Assembly (NCBI GenBank): GCA_016839785.1
Contig: JAEOTQ010000050.1
Location: 1 to 15,694, forward strand
Length of the DNA: 15,694 nucleotides
Direction: 5' to 3'
Source: Candidatus Hodarchaeota archaeon
GTDB lineage: Archaea > Asgardarchaeota > Heimdallarchaeia > Hodarchaeales > Hodarchaeaceae
Shown here: piece after piece, positions 8,469 through 15,694 of the stretch
How the letters are laid out: every line of letters begins with the position of its first letter
How positions within the stretch are numbered: position 1 is the first letter of the stretch
Program-made: the position numbers and the translations under genes
The notes under the pieces: generated by a model
What the model was told of the DNA's origin: nothing
Seen by the model: the letters and a program-made list of their open reading frames with translations, nothing else
Databases searched by the model: none

Positions 8469-10577
8469 ATGAATATCATGAAACCGAAACCTAAATTGTT
8501 ATTTTCAGGTGTTACAGGACACAAATTTAGTGTGATGAGACTAGCTGTTTTTCATCATTCAAATCGATTTGCGTCGTGTTCTTTTGATGGAACTGTGCGA
8601 ATTTGGGATGAAATGAACCAACAAAGTGTCCTATTCTTTTTCCCAGAGGCAATTGAAGGCTTAGAAATAACGCCTGATGACAAAAAACTTATTGTAGTCC
8701 TTGCAGATTCTTCAAAAGCATATGTACATGATTTAACCAAGAATTCGAGGAAAGAAATAGGAGCAGGAAAAGTGTTCAGGAGTATTCTCGGGACTAGCCC
8801 AGATAGTTCAAAGACTGCACTTGTTACATACGAGGACGAGGTATATATTTACAAACATGAAACAAATAGCTTAGGAAGTCGAGTAGTTGTAGATAATATT
8901 TCAGGAGATTCGTTGATATGGCTTAATAATAACAATTTAGCCATTCCAAAGCGAAATGGGAGTGTAGCAGTAATAAATACTGATGAACGTACAATTATCA
9001 ATGAATTTCAAATACATGACGGCTTAATCACGTCAATTTTTAGAGAAGGGGAAGAAATCACTACAGTATCAGAAGATGGAACGGGAAAAGTTCATGATCT
9101 AAACTTCAAACCGAAATTTGGATTTAAATTGAAATTCACCCCTCAAAGTGTTTTTTTCAGCTCTCAACATAAAACAATTGTTGTATCAGGTGATAGATTC
9201 TTATTATTCGTTGATATGCCAACGGGACAGCTTACATTAACTTCTCAGGATCTTTCAGGATGTAACCCAGTTATTACTAAGAATGGATTCGTTGTCAGGG
9301 GCACAGGCGCAAATAACATTTCTAAATATTCTACATCAGGAAAAAATCTCGATTTGATTCCAGGCCGTACCAAGACGGTGGAATCGGCAGTTTTTCTAAA
9401 TGACCATTCATTGGTTTATGGATCTGGGGATAATGCTGTTCATAGATTGGACTTCAAATCTGGTATTGACGAGAGTCTTTCTTCACATTCAGAATCTGTA
9501 TCTTCTATTGTTTATATTTCTGGAACAGAAACCATCATAGCAGGTGCTTTTGATGATACTATTTCCCTTTACCAGTTACCCAAGAATTCAGAAATAAAAC
9601 GAATCAAGAACGTTCCTCTCGTAACAACATTAGCGTTATCGCCATCAGAAACTCTGTTTGCCGCAGGTTGCAGTGGAGACAATAGTATTCATATTTTTAA
9701 TTCAACTGGTGCAAAATTAACGAGTTGGGAAGCTCATGATGATTATGTTAACACAATTTCGTTTTTAAATGATGAAGTGATTGTATCTGGATCAGATGAT
9801 GAAAGTGTCCGATTTTGGAACCCTTCAGGGAAATTAATCGGCTCTTTAAAAGTATCTGCACCTGTTAAATCCATATTCACAAAACGTGAATTTGACTATA
9901 ACGTTGTAGGACTTGAAAATGGCGAGATAGTATTAATAGAAAAGACTACTAATCGGAAAATTGGAACGTATACTTCCTCTGCATCTATCCAATGTATCAA
10001 AATTGTAGACAACTCACGATTATTCTTTGCTGCGAAAGATATCTTGTACGTAATGGAGCTAGATGGTCCTAATATAATCAGTGTAGAAGAAGTGTGCCGT
10101 CATACTGAACCCATTAAAGCTTTATTGTGGAAGGAGGAAGAAGAAATCATCATTTCTATTGACCATAGCATAGAGATAAAGAGTACGAAAATCACAACTG
10201 ATGAGAGCTTAACAGAATCCTCCACCATAGTTTTTACCCCAGGTGAGTCAGTTCAGGAAGAAAGACCAGAGACTTCGTCAGATAAACCCACGGAATCAGC
10301 AGTTTCTAGCAATGGGGAGGCGTTAGTAAAGATTATTGAATATTTAAAGACAATTTCAACTCAATTTGATGAACTAATCTTACCAAAACTAAAAGAAATA
10401 GGTGTAGATTCGAAAACTTTTCAAGAGGCTTTACAAGCATTAGAGCACAATTTAAGCTTCAAATTAGCCCAGGTTGATTCTGCAATGCTAAGAGATTCAG
10501 TTCTTACAGATCAGGATGATGAGTCAGAATCGGATGCTAGCTGGAAGAGTTTTGATTGGGGAAAAAGAAGACGTTAA
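8469..10577 (+). CDS. WD40-repeat protein, probably two beta-propellers, with a low-complexity linker, a helical segment and an acidic/Trp tail
   Basis: Clear repeats GHKFSV...FASCSFDGTVRIWD, IHDGLI...VSEDGTGKVHD, SHSESV...AGAFDDTISLY, AHDDYV...VSGSDDESVRFWN and RHTEPIKALLW. About 575 aa of beta repeat, which is roughly 14 blades. Confidence 0.92.
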   Translation: MNIMKPKPKLLFSGVTGHKFSVMRLAVFHHSNRFASCSFDGTVRIWDEMNQQSVLFFFPEAIEGLEITPDDKKLIVVLADSSKAYVHDLTKNSRKEIGAGKVFRSILGTSPDSSKTALVTYEDEVYIYKHETNSLGSRVVVDNISGDSLIWLNNNNLAIPKRNGSVAVINTDERTIINEFQIHDGLITSIFREGEEITTVSEDGTGKVHDLNFKPKFGFKLKFTPQSVFFSSQHKTIVVSGDRFLLFVDMPTGQLTLTSQDLSGCNPVITKNGFVVRGTGANNISKYSTSGKNLDLIPGRTKTVESAVFLNDHSLVYGSGDNAVHRLDFKSGIDESLSSHSESVSSIVYISGTETIIAGAFDDTISLYQLPKNSEIKRIKNVPLVTTLALSPSETLFAAGCSGDNSIHIFNSTGAKLTSWEAHDDYVNTISFLNDEVIVSGSDDESVRFWNPSGKLIGSLKVSAPVKSIFTKREFDYNVVGLENGEIVLIEKTTNRKIGTYTSSASIQCIKIVDNSRLFFAAKDILYVMELDGPNIISVEEVCRHTEPIKALLWKEEEEIIISIDHSIEIKSTKITTDESLTESSTIVFTPGESVQEERPETSSDKPTESAVSSNGEALVKIIEYLKTISTQFDELILPKLKEIGVDSKTFQEALQALEHNLSFKLAQVDSAMLRDSVLTDQDDESESDASWKSFDWGKRRR

Positions 10578-10645
10578 AAATCAAAGAAATCCAAGAGAAC
10601 AAATAAGAAAACACTTAGTTAAATCATACAAAGAGGAATACAAGC

Positions 10646-11809
10646 ATGTCAGATGAAGGAGATTTTGATCCAATGACTGGAGAAAGAGTGGAACACGTCA
10701 ATGAAATGACTAAACGAAAGAAATTTCAAGATCATATGATAGTGACCCTAAAAGAAATGTTTAAAGGGCTGAGACATCCAGAATTTAAATTTACCCCCTC
10801 TGGAATTATCATTGCATTAGTTTTATCAATAATTTCATTATTTTTCTTCCTTGGGCCGTATTTATTCACCACTGGAGGAAGCCGCGGTATTCAGCTGTTC
10901 TCATTTACGATCTATCCAAATTTAATAGGAATATTCATTAGTCTAGGAATTGCTCTTGCAGAGCTGTATCTATGGTTTGTAGTAGGAATTGAAGTTACAC
11001 CAAAGGCAGCTCATTATCTAGTTGATAATAAAGTTTTGAAATTATTGTTCACAAAGGGACATGTACATTATTTGGAATTTGTGCCAGAGGAAAAACGGAA
11101 AATTGCAATGCCCCATATTCTAAATAAATACATTGCTCTAATCATAGCCTGGGTCTCTCTTTCAGCTTTCCTATTGCAACTTATCGCAGGAATCTTATTC
11201 GGAGGAAACCCAACATCAATATTGAATCCTGGAACAGACTGGCTACTTTTCTTGATTCGCACTATGGTTATTTTCCTTTTAGTACCGCTCGTATTTACCT
11301 TGGTATATCCAGTCGGTTGGATGTTAGTGGATGCGAAATTAAAGGCATATAATTCATTCACAAAATTAAATTGGCTCGTAGGTAAAAAAGTGGTGAGTTT
11401 AACGGCTGGAATTATTTCTGTTGGTGCAATCGTAGGCTTGGGAGCAACAGCTCTTGATAATCCTCTTTCTCAGTTGCAGTTAATCTTAGATCTTGTCATT
11501 TTCTGTGTAATAAATGTTTCTTTGATAGTAACGATAATTGCCATTTTCTATAATATTTTCTTTCAAGGGACATTTTATAGACGAATTATAGATTCTCTTG
11601 AAGTTGGATTTGGTATTACTTCCGTAACTCTTGTTACTGCCGATGGAGATCCCGTTCCTGACAAAAATCAAGATGAAAACACAAATTTGGGTGTTAAATC
11701 AGAGATAGAAGAGTTTATACGTCATAGTGAACCATCCGAGGAAAGTGATTCAGAGCCGGAAGAGCTTGACGCTATCTCTGACGATAATAATGAGGATCAA
11801 AACGAGTGA
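10646..11809 (+). CDS. Uncharacterised integral membrane protein (about 6 TM) with a highly acidic C-terminal tail
   Basis: Six hydrophobic segments; tail SEPSEESDSEPEELDAISDDNNEDQNE; GAGG upstream of the ATG. Confidence 0.88.
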   Translation: MSDEGDFDPMTGERVEHVNEMTKRKKFQDHMIVTLKEMFKGLRHPEFKFTPSGIIIALVLSIISLFFFLGPYLFTTGGSRGIQLFSFTIYPNLIGIFISLGIALAELYLWFVVGIEVTPKAAHYLVDNKVLKLLFTKGHVHYLEFVPEEKRKIAMPHILNKYIALIIAWVSLSAFLLQLIAGILFGGNPTSILNPGTDWLLFLIRTMVIFLLVPLVFTLVYPVGWMLVDAKLKAYNSFTKLNWLVGKKVVSLTAGIISVGAIVGLGATALDNPLSQLQLILDLVIFCVINVSLIVTIIAIFYNIFFQGTFYRRIIDSLEVGFGITSVTLVTADGDPVPDKNQDENTNLGVKSEIEEFIRHSEPSEESDSEPEELDAISDDNNEDQNE

Positions 11810-11870
11810 GATTAACTTTCTTGTTACGTTAGCTATTTATACCTCAATCCCGTAGATCACTTAGAAAAGG

Positions 11871-13358
11871 TTGAAAATTATGGATTTCACCTCATTACTC
11901 AATTTATATTGTAGAAAAATAGGAATATGGTTTCTAAGTCTTGTACCTGTTGTTTTATCAATTTCTTTAATGCTCCTAGCATTCTCTCAATCACCAGAAG
12001 CTGGTTTGGATCAGGGTTTGCGAACTATGACAACACTATTGTATATAGTGTTGATACTGATCGCAATTCCTTTTTCGCTTAATGGTTTCTTAATGGAGAG
12101 AGCCTTTAATGATGAAATAAATCGTATAATTAGTACGGGATTACTCATACGAGGTGTAGAGGGATTTGATGAAGTTCAAAACAAAATCAAGCTATTGTAT
12201 CGTGCTTCGTATTCGATCACAGCTAGCGTACTAGTTTCTTACCTTGTATTCACCTCGGCCTCACTAATAACTTCAAATGAAAATAACCCAGATCTAGCTA
12301 TATTTGCTAGATTCTTCATATTTGTCGCAAGTGTCGGATTATTAGCCATTTCAAGTGGGGCATCGATACTACTACGCCTCCCAAATAAATCAGCAATTCA
12401 ACCTGGAGGCTTAATGAAGTATTATTCCCCTCGAAGTCTCCCTTTAAAGTTGGATAATCTTTTAACCGATTCTGTCATTCCTAGACTAGATCCTATAACA
12501 CGTATGCAGATGGACGAGTGGTCAAATACTGTCTTCGAAATGATGAATCCAGATTTTAGAGGAAACGCAAGTAATCAAGCTAGACTTGAACAAGCAAGAG
12601 AAAAAATACTCTTATTAGTGTATCTTAGGGAATATCTTCCTGAACTTGTGACAGTAGAAATATTCAGTTCTGAAATGACGGAAATAATACAAGAAAAATA
12701 TTTACAGGATTTCTTTTCAGGTAAGAAATCAAAAATATCTCTTAAAACACTCATCACGATTATTCGAGATGTAAGGAGAGAAATCCCAGAAATATTTGAA
12801 CTGGTTCAAAGGATCTTCGTCCTTGTTACAGAAAATGTTCACCTTTTAAGAAATAATAATAACTTCATAAGTATTGTCCATCCCAGTAGCCACGTTGGTA
12901 ATATTGATCCTTTTAGAGTAACAGTTTTTATACTCAACCTTCAGGAAAGTAGAAAAAAGGTTAAATTACTAGTTCAAACCTCGATGAGTAGCCTTGATCC
13001 AGATGATGCATCACAGACACTTTTGTTGGATTCAAGTTCAATCATTCTCCCTGAAGTTGGGAAAAAACTGCAAATTTCTTCATCAACGGAGTCGATAGAT
13101 GTTTTAAGATTAGTAAGCAGCATTTTGCAAGTTGGAGATGCGATGAATCTACAATTCAGACCAAATAGATTTGGTACTCACGTTTTAAACATATCTGTTG
13201 AGGATGAAAGAGGAATAATATCTGGACGTTCTATTGTAGTCTAAGTATATAGTGATCCAGCGTATTACATAAAAACAATGGGTGCAAAAGCTTTAGGATA
13301 TATAGGAGCTGCCCTTTCATTCATTGGAATTGGGTTAGGTGCTCTTATTGGAATATAA
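11871..13358 (+). CDS. Uncharacterised membrane protein (4 N-terminal TM, helical domain, Ig-like beta-sandwich, C-terminal TM) interrupted by an in-frame TAA at 13242-13244
   Basis: The ORF track stops at 13244, but the same frame continues for 37 sense codons (VYSDPAYYIKTMGAKALGYIGAALSFIGIGLGALIGI) to TAA 13356-13358. The start may be ATG 11880. It could be a pseudogene, a sequencing error or readthrough. Confidence 0.75.
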
Positions 13359-13391
13359 AAGAGAGTGTAATCACTAATCAAGGTTCCGATA

Positions 13392-14699
13392 ATGATTGCA
13401 GATTTCATTAAACGGAATTCTCTTACATCTCTGATTTTTTTATTCAGTCTCATTCTACTTAATGGTGTTGGTGTTACATTACCTATACCAAATCTTCAAA
13501 TTATTGGCAAACAATTTGATTTTCCTTTAATTGGAATTGTTGAAGCAGTATTCATTGTTTTTTCTATGATAGCTCTTATGGTTTGGGGATATTTTGTCGA
13601 TAAGTATGATCGTCGTCCTTTATTGTTATTAGCGAATTTTATCTGGTTAATACCTGCAGGAATCATATTCCTAATCCCTGATTCGTTAATCATTTATTTT
13701 ATTGGACGATTAGTAATGGCTATTGGATTAGCAGCTTTTTCCCCACTTTCTTATTCAATTATTGCGGATTTTGCACAGTATGAAGATCGTGGAATTATTT
13801 CTGCAGGATTAAATCTTGCATGGGTTGGTTCCAGTGCAGTTGGAATAATATTAGGTGCATTCTTTACTGCGAACTGGTATTATTCTTTTGGAGTCCTTGC
13901 TTTTATGGGATTAATCTTATTCTGCTGGCAATTCTTTGTGAAGATTCCTATTCGGGGAGTGAAAGAGCCTGCATTTGCTGAAATAGACAATTTTCAATAC
14001 CCTTGGAGAATAAATTATCGTTTACTCCCTCAGGCATTTCAAATTCGAAGTTTATTCTGGCTACTGGCACAAGGTATCTTTGCTCTGATACCAGGAACCG
14101 TTTTTACTTACTGGTTAGTCAGTTTCTTGGCATCTTCTGAAGGAATGGCTGTTACTATAGGAGAGGCGAGTATACTTTCAATCATTGTCGCGAGCGGTCG
14201 GGCACCTGGATACTTGGTCTTTGGAAAATTGGGGGATATATTAGCCTCAAAGTCTTCAAATTCTGCAATTCGAGCAAAGATTGCAGGTTTGGGGATGGCA
14301 AGCCAATCTTTGTTCTTTTTTGGTGCATTTTTTGTATTAGCTTCTTCATCACATAACATTGTACTGTTTGCTATATTGTTTTGGATCGGAAGTTTTGTGG
14401 GTGCGGCATCTGGACCAAATAGAACTTCTTTGTTATTCAATATCTCATTACCTGAATTTCGTGGTACATTAGGAGCTCTGTATTCACTTACTGATCATTT
14501 AGGGGCTGCTCTTGGAGTATTTGTCTCCACATTTTTTCTTCAATATCTAAATTACTATTCAGTGTTCAATTTAAGCCTTCTTTTTTATTTACTTGCCTCT
14601 GCATGCTGGTTTGGTAGTATTAAGCATATTTCTGCTGATGAGAGTGAAATCAATGATATACTACACATCAGAGCGGAAGAAATTACTCTCAAGGATTAA
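13392..14699 (+). CDS. Major facilitator superfamily transporter (Spinster-like features)
   Basis: About 12 TM; motif A WGYFVDKYDRRPLL, GRLVMAIG, SIIADF...DRG, RGVKEP central loop, FGKLGD, LPEFRGT. Confidence 0.93.
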   Translation: MIADFIKRNSLTSLIFLFSLILLNGVGVTLPIPNLQIIGKQFDFPLIGIVEAVFIVFSMIALMVWGYFVDKYDRRPLLLLANFIWLIPAGIIFLIPDSLIIYFIGRLVMAIGLAAFSPLSYSIIADFAQYEDRGIISAGLNLAWVGSSAVGIILGAFFTANWYYSFGVLAFMGLILFCWQFFVKIPIRGVKEPAFAEIDNFQYPWRINYRLLPQAFQIRSLFWLLAQGIFALIPGTVFTYWLVSFLASSEGMAVTIGEASILSIIVASGRAPGYLVFGKLGDILASKSSNSAIRAKIAGLGMASQSLFFFGAFFVLASSSHNIVLFAILFWIGSFVGAASGPNRTSLLFNISLPEFRGTLGALYSLTDHLGAALGVFVSTFFLQYLNYYSVFNLSLLFYLLASACWFGSIKHISADESEINDILHIRAEEITLKD

Positions 14700-14790
14700 G
14701 ATTGATAGGAGATGATACAGGATAGCTGAGGGTAAAGCTCTTGTTCTCAAGTATCACCAATTTTGTGAGAGTGGGTAATTTCTGCGATAC

Positions 14791-14848
14791 AAAAGTTTTT
14801 ACCAGTTATCTAACTTTAACATTCTTTGAGTAAAATAACGATAACTGG
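14791..14848 (+). promoter_or_regulatory. Putative BRE/TATA promoter of htpX followed by a 9-bp perfect inverted repeat
   Basis: AAAAG-TTTTTA at 14791-14801, then CCAGTTATC (14802-14810) N29 GATAACTGG (14840-14848); ATG at 14859. Confidence 0.45.
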
Positions 14849-14858
14849 ATGAAAAAAA

Positions 14859-15694
14859 ATGCCAAAAAATTTGTACGTACGTTCGTTGGGAGTAATGACT
14901 TTTCTCTGGGGACTCGTATTTGTTGTAGGTATGGTATTAATAGCAGTAGTCTCACTTGCCATGCCTGGACTAATACCTCCTGGATCTGAATATCTAGCAA
15001 TTTTAATCCCTGTTCTATTTGCATTTTTCATAGTAGGATTACAATTTCTGATATCTCCATGGCTCATGGATTTTATTATTGGCTGGGTTTATGATGCCAC
15101 TAAATACCAAGTAGATGAGCTGCCTCCACATATAAGGACCTTTCTTCATCAGCAAATGGAGTTAAACAATTTTTCTCTAAAGTGGGTGGCGATAATTCAT
15201 GATAATAATCCCAATGCTTTCACATATGGGCATACTAAAAAACGTGCTCGCATGGCGATTACAGAAGGAATTCTCAATTACTTGACAGAAGATGAACAGT
15301 TGGCAGTAGTGGCACATGAAGCTGGACATATCGTACATCGTGATTTTATATGGATGACGGTGGCTGCCGCCATTCCTTTAGTGTTGTACTCCTTCTATCA
15401 GGGATTATGGACCTATGCACGAATTACTTCCAGAAGCGGAGGTAGTAGTGATGGTGCAGAAAAAGTTGGAGCTGTTGCAGCCGCTGCTGCAATAGGGGCG
15501 TTTATCGCTTATTGGATTTCTCAGTATATTGTATTGTTTCTTTCACGTGTGCGAGAGTATTACGCTGATAGTTTTTCAGCAGAAGCAACTGGTCAACCAG
15601 GCGCGCTTTCACGAGCTCTAGTAAAAATTGCTTATGGGATGGTTAAAGAAGATGCTAAAAATGCTGAAATGTTGAGTGATGAAAACGCTTCTCC
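14859..15694 (+). CDS. htpX: Zinc metalloprotease HtpX (peptidase M48), partial at the right edge
   Basis: Not in the ORF track. Manual translation from ATG 14859 gives MPKNLYVRSLGVMTFLWGLVFVVG...LQFLISPWLMD...PNAFTYGH...ITEGIL..L.EDE..AVVAHEAGH (HExxH)...LSRVREYYADSFSA...ALVKIAYG, open to the edge. Confidence 0.95.
   Translation, partial: MPKNLYVRSLGVMTFLWGLVFVVGMVLIAVVSLAMPGLIPPGSEYLAILIPVLFAFFIVGLQFLISPWLMDFIIGWVYDATKYQVDELPPHIRTFLHQQMELNNFSLKWVAIIHDNNPNAFTYGHTKKRARMAITEGILNYLTEDEQLAVVAHEAGHIVHRDFIWMTVAAAIPLVLYSFYQGLWTYARITSRSGGSSDGAEKVGAVAAAAAIGAFIAYWISQYIVLFLSRVREYYADSFSAEATGQPGALSRALVKIAYGMVKEDAKNAEMLSDENAS

Noticed and set aside
3813-8740. Short track ORFs 3813..4001, 5404..5631, 6901..7092, 7000..7227, 7125..7382, 7283..7477 and 8555..8740
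   Set aside because: All overlap better-supported genes (mobB, the basic protein, malQ, WD40) on the opposite strand or in another frame, and show no motifs.
13242-13244. Genome-wide TAA reassignment, or Sec/Pyl recoding
   Set aside because: TAA terminates dCMP deaminase, malQ, WD40 and MFS at plausible ends; Sec and Pyl use TGA and TAG, not TAA.
14705-14758. Possible riboswitch or C/D-box RNA after the MFS (GGAGATG..., TGATAC/GTATCA arms)
   Set aside because: The complementary CTCC and other fluoride-riboswitch elements are missing and there is no proper C-box/D-box pair. At most it is a weak hairpin.
11068-15067. Minus-strand track ORFs 11068..11361, 11486..11671, 12575..12757, 13265..13453, 13496..13693, 14108..14440, 14806..15024 and 14816..15067
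   Set aside because: Antisense shadows of hydrophobic + strand genes.

Overview
AT-rich prokaryotic chromosomal window that looks archaeal and most plausibly Asgard/Heimdallarchaeia-like. This is inferred from an archaeal-type isopentenyl phosphate kinase, TATA-like promoters, a large WD40 protein and orphan multi-TM proteins. The left half is a patchwork of housekeeping genes: a partial membrane protein, bacterial-type NAD+-dependent DNA ligase LigA, IPK, MobB, a small membrane protein, dCMP deaminase, a very basic disordered protein, a HAD hydrolase lacking its nucleophile Asp, and 4-alpha-glucanotransferase MalQ. The right half is a co-oriented + strand cluster: an approximately 14-blade WD40 protein with a helical segment and an acidic-Trp tail, a 6-TM orphan, a 4-TM + Ig-like orphan split from its C-terminal TM anchor by one in-frame TAA, an MFS transporter, and a partial HtpX protease. 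This cluster is the best candidate for an undescribed membrane-associated system. No rRNA, tRNA, CRISPR array or mobile element was recognised. No searches were run, so all family calls come from motif recognition.
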